Assembly: GCF_001465295.1 (NCBI RefSeq)
Contig: NZ_CP011034.1
Location: 1,140,001-1,172,000, forward strand
Origin: Pseudoalteromonas translucida KMM 520
Lineage (GTDB): Bacteria > Pseudomonadota > Gammaproteobacteria > Enterobacterales > Alteromonadaceae
Direction of reading: 5' to 3'
Length of the DNA stretch: 32,000 nucleotides
In this document: one piece after another, positions 10,516-18,837 of the stretch
Layout of the letters: each line of letters starts with the position of its first letter
How positions within the stretch are numbered: the stretch's first letter is position 1
The notes under the pieces: model-generated
What the model saw: the letters and a program-made list of their open reading frames with translations, nothing else
What the model was told of the DNA's origin: nothing
The model's database searches: none
Program-made: the position numbers and the translations under genes

Positions 10516-11415
10516 CTATTGTTGCTCAGCCCCGTGCTTTAAAATAAAGTCAGTTAACGCTTGTGCCGCTGGGGCAAGTGACTTGTTTTTAAGTTGTACT
10601 ATGCCTATTTCGCGCACCACATGCGGGGTTTTTAATGGAATAAAACACAAGGTGTTGTTGTGTTGCGGAAAAGCAAAACGCGGTAATGTGGTTATACCCA
10701 TTCCAGTTTCTAGCATGGCTATAAGCGATAGCATATTTGAAATATAAAACTGCGAGTTTTCGAGTAGCGGCTCAGCAGCTGTTTTTTTAAGTAAGCGCGA
10801 AGTGCCATTACTTATAAATCGCTGTTGTTGTAGATCCTGCCAGTGTAGTTCTTGCACGTGTGTAAGAGGGTTATCTTTATGACAAACAACACCTATTTCA
10901 TCCTGCCATATAGGGGTAAACAGTACATTATCGTGTTCATGACCAGGTGTAAGACTGGCAATTCCTAAATCAACTTGTTGTTTTTCGACTTTTTTTAATA
11001 CTGTTTCAGAATTATCATCATAAAGACTAATGTGTAACTCAGGAAGATCTGCCACAAATTTAGATAATAAGTTAGGCAGTAATCTACAGCCGATGGAGGG
11101 CACAGATGCAAGGCGTAAATGGCCCGTTTTATTTTGGCGCATTAATACCATATCTTGAGAAATACTGTCGTGATGGGCAATCAGCTCTTTTGCTTTGGGC
11201 AAAAAGTTTCTACCAAATGGTGTAAGCTCAGTCATAGTACTTTTCGTACTTCGCTTTTCAAAAACATCGGCACCTAATTTATTTTCAAGGTCACGAATCG
11301 ATAAAGAGATTGCCGGCTGTGTACGACATGCCTTTTGCGCAGCGTAATGAAATCCTTTTAATTCAGCAACCCAGACGAAATGTCGTAGCTGGGTAATTTT
11401 AAATTCAGGTAGCAC
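10516..11415 (-). CDS. LysR-family transcriptional regulator of the locus
   Basis: 299 aa. N-terminal wHTH (FHYAAQKACRTQPAISLSIRDLENKLG) plus a LysR substrate-binding domain. GTG start with an AAGGA SD. Divergent from the ALDH operon. Confidence 0.9.
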   Translation of the reverse strand: MLPEFKITQLRHFVWVAELKGFHYAAQKACRTQPAISLSIRDLENKLGADVFEKRSTKSTMTELTPFGRNFLPKAKELIAHHDSISQDMVLMRQNKTGHLRLASVPSIGCRLLPNLLSKFVADLPELHISLYDDNSETVLKKVEKQQVDLGIASLTPGHEHDNVLFTPIWQDEIGVVCHKDNPLTHVQELHWQDLQQQRFISNGTSRLLKKTAAEPLLENSQFYISNMLSLIAMLETGMGITTLPRFAFPQHNNTLCFIPLKTPHVVREIGIVQLKNKSLAPAAQALTDFILKHGAEQQ

Positions 11416-11416
11416 G

Positions 11417-11431
11417 ATAAGTTTTCCTTAT
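11417..11431. promoter_or_regulatory. Putative LysR-type operator (ATAAG-N5-CTTAT) in the lysR/ALDH divergent region
   Basis: The sequence ataagttttccttat is a perfect dyad with T-N11-A. It starts 2 nt upstream of the lysR start codon, the position expected for autoregulation. Confidence 0.55.
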
Positions 11432-11508
11432 CAAAATATATTAATTATTAATTTTAGTTATTAGAGCATGGTTCTTATACTGAATCCAATTATTTAATGG
11501 AGGTATTT

Positions 11509-12954
11509 ATGTCATCAAATTCAGTGTTTCAAAATTACATCGCAGGTCAGTGGGTTGAAGGTAAAAGTTCAATTGAGAATATTAGCCCAGCAGACTTAAG
11601 CGATACGATAGGACATTACGCCCAAGCAGATAAAGCACAAACAGAAGCAGCAATTGATGCTGCGATTGTAGGTCAACTCGAATGGCAAAAAAGTGGTCTT
11701 GAAGAGCGCTATCGCGTTTTAATGGCCATTGGTGATGAGTTAATTGCCCGTAAAGATGAGCTTGGCAAACTACTAGCACGTGAAGAAGGCAAAACATTAG
11801 CAGAAGGCGTGGGCGAAACTTATCGTTCAGGTCAATTTTTTCATTACTACGCTGCAGAAGTGTTACGCCAAATGGGCGAAACGGCCGATTCAGTACGTCC
11901 AGGAGTTGAAATTGAAACCCGCAGAGAACCTGTTGGTGTTGTGGGTATTATTACTCCATGGAATTTTCCTACGGCTACTGGCGCATGGAAAATTGCTCCG
12001 GCACTGGCCTTTGGTAATGCCATTGTATTTAAACCCGCTAACCAAGTACCAGCAAGTGCATGGGCATTAACCGAAATCATCTCACGTCAAGGTTTACCAG
12101 CAGGTACGTTTAACTTAGTTATGGGGCCTGGCGCTGAAGTAGGTGATTTACTTATTAATTCTAAAAAAATTAATGCGTTAACATTTACAGGTTCACTGGA
12201 AACAGGCCGTAAAGTGGCTATAGCTACAGCAACAAACCTAGTTAAATGTCAGCTTGAAATGGGCAGTAAAAATGCCTTAATCGTACTAGACGATGCCGAT
12301 TTAGATAATGCAGTGGAATGCGCTGTGGGTGGTGCATTTTTTGGTACTGGTCAAAAATGTACTGCATCATCGCGCTTAATTGTTACCGAAGGTATCCATG
12401 ACCGTTTTGTTGCTGCTGTAATTAAAAGAATGGAACAGCTAGTAGTGGGTCACCCACTTAGAGATGGTGTGCATATTGGTGCTGTCGCCGATGCACGTCA
12501 AATGGCACAAAACTTAAAGTATCTACAAATAGCTAAAGACGAAGGCGCTACGCTTGCCATCGGTGGTGAAGTGATCACTGAGGAAACCGAAGGTTATTAC
12601 TTAAAGCCTGCTCTGTTTATTAATACTACTAACGATATGACCATTAACCGTGAAGAAGCGTTTGCGCCAATTGCTTGTGTTATCAAAGTTAAAGATTATG
12701 AAACAGCCTTAGCCACATTAAACGATACAAACTATGGTCTTACAGGCGGAATTTGTACGCAATCACTTAAATATGCGAGTGACTTTAAACGCCGCGCACA
12801 AACAGGCTGTGTCATGGTTAACTTGCCAACAGCGGGTACTGACTACCATGTACCATTTGGTGGTCGTAAAGAGTCTAGCTTTGGTGCACGTGAGCAAGGT
12901 ACTTACGCGAAAGAGTTTTACACCATAGTTAAAACAACTTACATCCGCTCATAA
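11509..12954 (+). CDS. NAD(P)-dependent aldehyde dehydrogenase (2,5-dioxovalerate/ketoglutarate-semialdehyde dehydrogenase-like)
   Basis: 481 aa from the ATG at 11509, which is preceded by ggagg. Catalytic Glu context LEMGSKNA and Cys context GQKCTASSR. Cofactor motif ITPWNFP. Confidence 0.9.
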   Translation: MSSNSVFQNYIAGQWVEGKSSIENISPADLSDTIGHYAQADKAQTEAAIDAAIVGQLEWQKSGLEERYRVLMAIGDELIARKDELGKLLAREEGKTLAEGVGETYRSGQFFHYYAAEVLRQMGETADSVRPGVEIETRREPVGVVGIITPWNFPTATGAWKIAPALAFGNAIVFKPANQVPASAWALTEIISRQGLPAGTFNLVMGPGAEVGDLLINSKKINALTFTGSLETGRKVAIATATNLVKCQLEMGSKNALIVLDDADLDNAVECAVGGAFFGTGQKCTASSRLIVTEGIHDRFVAAVIKRMEQLVVGHPLRDGVHIGAVADARQMAQNLKYLQIAKDEGATLAIGGEVITEETEGYYLKPALFINTTNDMTINREEAFAPIACVIKVKDYETALATLNDTNYGLTGGICTQSLKYASDFKRRAQTGCVMVNLPTAGTDYHVPFGGRKESSFGAREQGTYAKEFYTIVKTTYIRS

Positions 12955-12968
12955 TCTAAGGAATCATT

Positions 12969-13961
12969 ATGCATAACGATCTAATTGTCATTGATGGATT
13001 GCAGTATTCCAATTGGAATAGAACTATTTTTGAACAACTTAAAAGTGGTGGCGTAACAATGGTGCATGTGACCATTGTTTACCACGAACAAATTCGTGAA
13101 ACATTATTACGTATCGCACAGTGGAATCGCCTGTTCGAGATGCATAATGATCTGATTATGCCAGTAAAAAGTACAGATGATATTCACCTTGCCAAAAAGT
13201 TAGGCAAAGTGGGGATTATGTTTGGTGCACAAAACTGTTCAACCATTGAAGATGACATTGGTATGGTGGAAATCATGCGCGAGTTAAATTTAATGATTAT
13301 GCAGCTCACTTATAACAACCAAAGCTTGTTAGCTTGTGGTTGTTATGAGGCTGAAGATAGCGGTGTTACCCGTTTTGGCCGCCAAGTTATTAAAGAAATG
13401 AACCGCGTAGGCATGATTGTTGATATGAGCCATAGTGGTGAGCGAAGCACGCTGGAAGCAATTGAAATATCGCAGCGTCCTATCGTCATTTCGCATGCTA
13501 ATCCAAGTAGTTTTCATGCCGCTAAACGTAATAAATCAGACACTGTACTAAAAGCGCTTGGTGAGTCGGGCGGTTTATTAGGGTTTAGTTTATATCCATT
13601 TCATCTTAAAAATGGCCCCGATTGCACTTTAAACGAATTTTGCGACATGGTGGCAAATACGGCCGATTTAATGGGTATAGATAATATTGGTATTGGTACC
13701 GATTTATGCCAAGAGCAGCCAACCTCAATTTTACAGTGGATGCGAAACGGACGTTGGTCTAAAGAAATGGATTATGGCGAAGGCTCTAAGTCGGATGCAG
13801 ATTGGCCCAAACCGTTACCTTGGTTTAAAGATAGTAGCGATTTTCCCAATATTACAAAAGGGCTTCAGGCACGAGGTTTTCATGATAATGAAGTTGCAAA
13901 AATAATGGGCTTAAATTGGCTTAATCTTTTAAATAAAGGCCTGAAACCACAAGACGTATAA
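12969..13961 (+). CDS. Peptidase M19 (renal/membrane dipeptidase) family homolog, non-canonical
   Basis: 330 aa. Family motifs DMSHSGERS, PIVISHANPSS and GIGTDL are present. The N-terminal DGHxD metal-ligand motif is replaced by VIDGLQYSN, and LTHxxxN is replaced by LTYNNQS. Confidence 0.8.
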   Translation: MHNDLIVIDGLQYSNWNRTIFEQLKSGGVTMVHVTIVYHEQIRETLLRIAQWNRLFEMHNDLIMPVKSTDDIHLAKKLGKVGIMFGAQNCSTIEDDIGMVEIMRELNLMIMQLTYNNQSLLACGCYEAEDSGVTRFGRQVIKEMNRVGMIVDMSHSGERSTLEAIEISQRPIVISHANPSSFHAAKRNKSDTVLKALGESGGLLGFSLYPFHLKNGPDCTLNEFCDMVANTADLMGIDNIGIGTDLCQEQPTSILQWMRNGRWSKEMDYGEGSKSDADWPKPLPWFKDSSDFPNITKGLQARGFHDNEVAKIMGLNWLNLLNKGLKPQDV

Positions 13962-14048
13962 ATTAATTTGTTATTAAGGAGTGATATCAAAAAGTAATAC
14001 AACATATTGATAAACTATAACTAAAAGAGATCCATCAGGAGACGAGAA

Positions 14049-15608
14049 ATGAATACCACCAGTACAACGATAAAACAGGATATGGGTACATTACCCTGCA
14101 ATAAAATTCTGCCTGGGGTAGATATAGCGGTACTATTGATCAGTGGGGGAGTACTCGTGTTGTTTGCTGCACTAGCGCTTTACGATATTGACTTGATGTC
14201 GAGTTGGATCAATTCCGCCTTTGCATTTTCTACTAAAACTTTTGGCGCATTTTGGCAAATACTACTGCTTTCGACTTTTGTTATCGGTATATTTTTAGCG
14301 ATCGGTCGCACGGGTAGGGTTGTTTTAGGTGGGTTAAAGTCTCCTGAAATTTCGACGTTTAAATGGATCAGCATCATTATGTGTACGCTGCTTGCTGGTG
14401 GAGGCGTATTTTGGGCTGCCGCTGAGCCAATGGCGCACTTTATTTCATCGCCGCCGCATTTTGGTGGCGAGTCGGGCACTAAAAACGCGGCTTTTAATGC
14501 ATTAGCACAAAGCTTTATGCATTGGGGGTTTTTAGCCTGGGCTATTTTAGGCAGCCTAACTGGCATAGTGTACATGCATTTACATTACGAAAAAGGCTTA
14601 CCGCTTAAACCACGTACTTTACTTTACCCTGTGTTTGGCGACCGTGTAATGAAAGGCGCTTTTGGTGCTATTGTTGACTCATGTTGTGTACTTGCGGTTG
14701 TTGCCGGTACTGTAGGACCAATTGGCTTTTTAGGACTACAAGTGAGCTTTGGTTTAGAAAAACTATTTGGCATTCCCGATACCTATACAACTCAAGTGGT
14801 TATTTTATTTAGCTTAATTGCTATTTACACGCTATCGGCAGTCAGTGGTGTGACCAAAGGGATTCAGATGCTAAGTAGCTTTAATGTTATTTTAGCGGTA
14901 GCGCTAATGTTATTTATTTTAGTAATGGGGCCAACGGCATTTATTTTCGACAGCTATATTCAATCATTTGGTCTTTATATTAATAACTTTATTCCTATGG
15001 CGACCTTTCGCGCCGATACCGCCTGGTTGGATTGGTGGACGGTATTTTTTTGGGGCTGGTTTTTAGGCTATGGTCCATTAATGGCGATGTTTGTTGCACG
15101 TATTTCACGCGGTCGCACTATTCGTGAAATGATCATGCTGATCTCTGTAATTGCCCCTGTTATCACCTGTTTTTGGTTTACGATAGTAGGTGGTTCAGGA
15201 ATATTTTTCGAGCTGGCTAATCCCGGTGTCATTTCAGAACCTTTTACTGGTTTTAACTTACCTGCAGCGCTATTAGCCATTACTGAGCAGCTGCCTATGG
15301 GTTTTGTTATCTCAGTATTATTTTTAATATTAACCACTATTTTTGTGGCAACCACTGGTGATTCGATGACCTATTCAGTCTCTATGGTAATGACTGGAAC
15401 TGATCACCCGCAAACATCAATCAGGGTGTTTTGGGGAGTTATGATGGGGGTTATGGCTGCTATTTTAATCTCTATTGGCTCTGGAGGTATTTCTGCTTTG
15501 CAATCGTTTATTGTAGTAACCGCAGTGCCAGTGTCTTTTGTACTGTTACCTTCGCTTTGGACCGCGCCGAAAATAGCTAAAAAAATGGCTGATGAGCAAG
15601 GTTTGTAA
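14049..15608 (+). CDS. BCCT-family transporter, paralog 2
   Basis: 519 aa. My manual comparison finds about 30 substitutions against paralog 1 after the first 22 residues or so. Both share the same SD context, atccatcaggagacga. Confidence 0.9.
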   Translation: MNTTSTTIKQDMGTLPCNKILPGVDIAVLLISGGVLVLFAALALYDIDLMSSWINSAFAFSTKTFGAFWQILLLSTFVIGIFLAIGRTGRVVLGGLKSPEISTFKWISIIMCTLLAGGGVFWAAAEPMAHFISSPPHFGGESGTKNAAFNALAQSFMHWGFLAWAILGSLTGIVYMHLHYEKGLPLKPRTLLYPVFGDRVMKGAFGAIVDSCCVLAVVAGTVGPIGFLGLQVSFGLEKLFGIPDTYTTQVVILFSLIAIYTLSAVSGVTKGIQMLSSFNVILAVALMLFILVMGPTAFIFDSYIQSFGLYINNFIPMATFRADTAWLDWWTVFFWGWFLGYGPLMAMFVARISRGRTIREMIMLISVIAPVITCFWFTIVGGSGIFFELANPGVISEPFTGFNLPAALLAITEQLPMGFVISVLFLILTTIFVATTGDSMTYSVSMVMTGTDHPQTSIRVFWGVMMGVMAAILISIGSGGISALQSFIVVTAVPVSFVLLPSLWTAPKIAKKMADEQGL

Positions 15609-15626
15609 ACGTTAAAATTAAGGATA

Positions 15627-15655
15627 AAAGGGCTATGGCTATAGCCTTTTCATTT
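15627..15655 (+). terminator. Rho-independent terminator after BCCT-2
   Basis: Stem ggctat/atagcc (plus a G-U pair) with loop ggct, followed by tttt. Confidence 0.65.
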
Positions 15656-15758
15656 ACTGCATTTTAATAGAATTAATTTTAAAGTCCCAAATTTTTCCAA
15701 CAGTTTGGGCAAAACAACCAACCATAATGTTACTTATCCAATTAGAGCTGAAACTAAA

Positions 15759-16133
15759 ATGAAAACACCTGTTAAAACTAATTTATTCGCATCTAAAGCC
15801 CCATTAGAATGGGCAATTATTGCCAATGGCACATTATCAACTGCACAAATACCAATTGATGCAGAAGGCAAAGTTGTTGCCGGTGGTATTGAAGCACAAG
15901 CGCGTCAAACAATGGAGAACTTTAAGCACACAATTGAAGCAGCTTCGCTTACTATGGATGATGTAACGCAAGTCCTTATTTACGTGACCGAACGTTCGCA
16001 GTTGGCCACTTTTAATAAAGTGTACGCAGAGTATTTTAAGCCACCTTATCCAAATCGTGCTGCTATGATAGTAGCAGGCTTAGCCCGAGAAGAGATGCTG
16101 TGTGAAGTAGTGGCTTACGCTGCAGTACCTTAA
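15759..16133 (+). CDS. RidA/YjgF/UK114-family (reactive enamine/imine deaminase-like) protein
   Basis: 124 aa from the ATG at 15759; the track TTG at 15705 is less likely. RidA-like core IEAQARQTMENFKHTIEAA and C-terminal PNRAAMIVAGLAREEMLCEV. Confidence 0.8.
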   Translation: MKTPVKTNLFASKAPLEWAIIANGTLSTAQIPIDAEGKVVAGGIEAQARQTMENFKHTIEAASLTMDDVTQVLIYVTERSQLATFNKVYAEYFKPPYPNRAAMIVAGLAREEMLCEVVAYAAVP

Positions 16134-16192
16134 TTATTAAAGTTAAGTACCTCGTTTTTGCGCCCAAAAGGCTGGTAGATGAAGGTATGAGT

Positions 16193-16217
16193 AAGCCAGC
16201 ACTATGCTGGCTTTTTA
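16193..16217 (+). terminator. Rho-independent terminator after ridA-like gene
   Basis: Stem aagccagc/gctggctt with loop actat, followed by a T-run. Confidence 0.8.
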
Positions 16218-16267
16218 CGTTTACATAATGCAAATAACAGTAGTAACCACTTCATTAGGGACAAGGT

Positions 16268-17512
16268 ATGCGAGCAACTTATATTTCATTACTAGCGTTA
16301 TTTTTTAGCTGTTTTATTTTATTATTAGGTAATGGCTTACTCAATGTGTTACTTCCGGTACGTATGGGGCTTGATGGCGTAGATATAGATACTATAGGCA
16401 TGGTTTTGTCGTTGTACTTTGTAGGCTTATTAATAGGGGCTCTTTATAGTATTAATTTGATTCGCCGAGTGGGGCACATTCGCATGTTTGCTGGATGTGT
16501 GGCACTGGGAGCTATTAGTGTACTTATGTATAGTATTTATCCCAGTATTATTTTGCTGGCAGTTATGCGCGTTATTATTGGTTTTTGTAATGCTTGCGCA
16601 TTTACTGCTATGGAAAGTTGGTTAAGCGATAGCTCAACTAAACAAACCCGAGGTAAAATGCTTGCAGTGTATAATTCGGTTGTTTTGTGCGGCTTATTTG
16701 GTGGGCAGTTTTTTATGGGCTTAGCAGAGCCTCAACAATCTACATTATTTGTGTTGGTAGGAATATTACTATGTGCATCCGTTATCCCGTTAATATTTAG
16801 CCGCCATACCGGGCCGACTATTCAAGACGTAACCGCTATGCCCTTACTGGCTTTGTATCGCATTTCGCCATTAGGGGTAGTGACTTGTTTTATTTCTGGC
16901 TTGATTTACTCCGCCATTTTTAATCTACTGCCAGTGTTTGCACTGCAATACAATATTATTGAGTTTCAGCTTTCTTTGTATATGGGCGCAGCAATTTTTG
17001 GTGCGTTTTTATTGCAATTCCCAGTGGGTTATTTTTCAGATCGATACGACCGACGCTCAGTACTACTTATTTTATTGTGTATTTCGGTATTGGCCGATAT
17101 TGCAGTAGTACAGTTTGTATCATTAAATATGATCCCGGCATTATTTATTGTTACCGCACTAACTAGTGGCATTATTGCGTGTACCTATCCGCTAAGTATT
17201 TCGGAAGCGTTTGATCGCTTGAAAAAAAGTGAAATGGCGGCCGCCATGGGCAGTATGATTTTGGCATTTGCCTTAGGTGGGATCATTGGACCTTATACAA
17301 CGTCAGTTATGATGAAAGAATTTGGGGTCAATGCAATGTTTTACTTTATGGCATTGGTACAGCTTTTTCTCGCAGTTTTTGTGGTTTATCGTATGATTAA
17401 GCGCCCAGCACTGCCAATCGACGAACAAGAAGTGTTTGTAATGCAAAGTCCTGCAATTTCTCCGGCAATAGAATTTGACCCGCGTACAGAGCAAGAGCCC
17501 GAAAGTAACTAG
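16268..17512 (+). CDS. MFS transporter (YcaD/YfkF-like)
   Basis: 414 aa with about 12 TM segments. The MFS loop motif is suggested by IRRVGHIRMF and DRYDRRSV. Confidence 0.8.
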   Translation: MRATYISLLALFFSCFILLLGNGLLNVLLPVRMGLDGVDIDTIGMVLSLYFVGLLIGALYSINLIRRVGHIRMFAGCVALGAISVLMYSIYPSIILLAVMRVIIGFCNACAFTAMESWLSDSSTKQTRGKMLAVYNSVVLCGLFGGQFFMGLAEPQQSTLFVLVGILLCASVIPLIFSRHTGPTIQDVTAMPLLALYRISPLGVVTCFISGLIYSAIFNLLPVFALQYNIIEFQLSLYMGAAIFGAFLLQFPVGYFSDRYDRRSVLLILLCISVLADIAVVQFVSLNMIPALFIVTALTSGIIACTYPLSISEAFDRLKKSEMAAAMGSMILAFALGGIIGPYTTSVMMKEFGVNAMFYFMALVQLFLAVFVVYRMIKRPALPIDEQEVFVMQSPAISPAIEFDPRTEQEPESN

Positions 17513-17533
17513 CTTAAGTCTGCGCCGCTAATT

Positions 17534-18292
17534 TTATGAGTTAAACAAATCGTGACTAACTTGAAATAAAATTAGCGCGCAGGCGCTTAAAGAAAGTAGC
17601 GCAATAGCGGGTTTAAGATAGTGAGCTTTAAAGTACTTTTCTAATCGTCGAGACAGTAAAAATCCAAATAGCACTGCGGGTAATAACGGCAATGCAAGCT
17701 GAAGTTGATAATAACTAAAGTTACCCGTCACTATTAATAAAAATAATGATAAAATAGTTGATATTAAAAAGAATATACTTAGCTCGGCACGTACCGAACT
17801 CGCATTACTATTTTGATACACAATAGCGATAGGCGGCCCGCCAATCGAAGTAGAAGTCCCCGCGAGACCAGAGAAAAAACCACCGATAAATAAATTTTTT
17901 GCTGAGTAACTAATTTGCCAATGACTGTAGGTTAATAGCACGCACAGTATAATTAATATTGAAAATAATATGGTGAAAAACAACGGCGGTAATAGTAACA
18001 ATAGTGCCACAGCTAATAACGACCCCATAAAACGCCCGCATAAAGCAATGCTAATACAACTAATCTGTATGTTCTTTTTATTATTTAGTACACTTAATAG
18101 CGATAAGCCTAATCCTAAAAGCAAAATAGGGGCGGGTATAAAAGCAGGATCAATCAATACTAAAATTGGCGCAGCAATAACCCCTAAGCCAAAACCAAGT
18201 AAACTTTGCAGTGCAGCAGCACCAGCAATAAGGGTTAAAACAAGGATTAAAATTAAAGGGTCGGTGAGCATAATCACATAGCAAGGAGGCAT
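17534..18292 (-). CDS. TauE/SafE (TSUP, DUF81) family anion exporter-like membrane protein
   Basis: 252 aa, very hydrophobic. Has the Gly-rich helices typical of TSUP (LLGFGLGVIAAPIL, GTSTSIGGPPIAIV). The start codon is uncertain and could be the internal ATG at 18271. Confidence 0.75.
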   Translation of the reverse strand: MPPCYVIMLTDPLILILVLTLIAGAAALQSLLGFGLGVIAAPILVLIDPAFIPAPILLLGLGLSLLSVLNNKKNIQISCISIALCGRFMGSLLAVALLLLLPPLFFTILFSILIILCVLLTYSHWQISYSAKNLFIGGFFSGLAGTSTSIGGPPIAIVYQNSNASSVRAELSIFFLISTILSLFLLIVTGNFSYYQLQLALPLLPAVLFGFLLSRRLEKYFKAHYLKPAIALLSLSACALILFQVSHDLFNS

Positions 18293-18551
18293 AAGTGGAT
18301 GAATTATCTTAAATATTTAATGTCGAGTCTAATTAGGAGTTTTTATCTTTTAATAATAATTACTAGTGGCTGAAGTTGTTATTAGTTATACCCATATAAT
18401 TCAATTTATTTAAGTTCCCTTTATATTCAGCCACTTAAGTTAACTGATTTCACACCCAGAGTAAGTCTTCTTATGATCACCCTGCATAAAATAATAAATA
18501 TTTAACAACCAACGGTAAATATCGTTATTACCAAGTAAGAAAGCGATATGT

Positions 18552-18836
18552 ATGCATTTAAATAACTTAGCCGCTAAATACATTATTGGCGATATTACCG
18601 TATCAGCTTCACGTTACTATTTAACTGCCATGGTAGGCGAGAATAAAGTAGATGCAGTACAGGTAGCTTATAATCGCGACCATCTAAGCTTGGCAGCTCG
18701 CTTACAAAGCTCTAACGATATGCGTTTTTACCAAGGACTAAAACCCAGCGGTGAAATAGTTAAAGAAAAATGTGGGAAATATATTCAGGCTATAAAATTT
18801 ACAATATTCAACTACAAGCCACTTATGCCAATGTAG
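18552..18836 (+). CDS. Hypothetical protein, 94 aa
   Basis: ORF only, with a weak SD. No family recognised. Confidence 0.4.
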   Translation: MHLNNLAAKYIIGDITVSASRYYLTAMVGENKVDAVQVAYNRDHLSLAARLQSSNDMRFYQGLKPSGEIVKEKCGKYIQAIKFTIFNYKPLMPM

Positions 18837-18837
18837 C

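Noticed and set aside
11582-13905. ORFs 11582-11797, 11847-12080, 12734-12928, 13329-13517 and 13687-13905 within the ALDH and M19 genes.
   Set aside because: They are embedded in or antisense to genes with clear family motifs, and nothing independently supports them.
6035-16133. DddD-type DMSP catabolic cluster (BCCT DddT + LysR DddR + aldehyde dehydrogenase DddC) or a classical bet/gbc/dgc/cdh/doe locus.
   Set aside because: The defining enzymes are absent: class III CoA-transferase DddD, BetA, Rieske GbcA, DgcA/B, CdhCAB and DoeA/B. Only the generic parts (transporter, LysR, ALDH) overlap.
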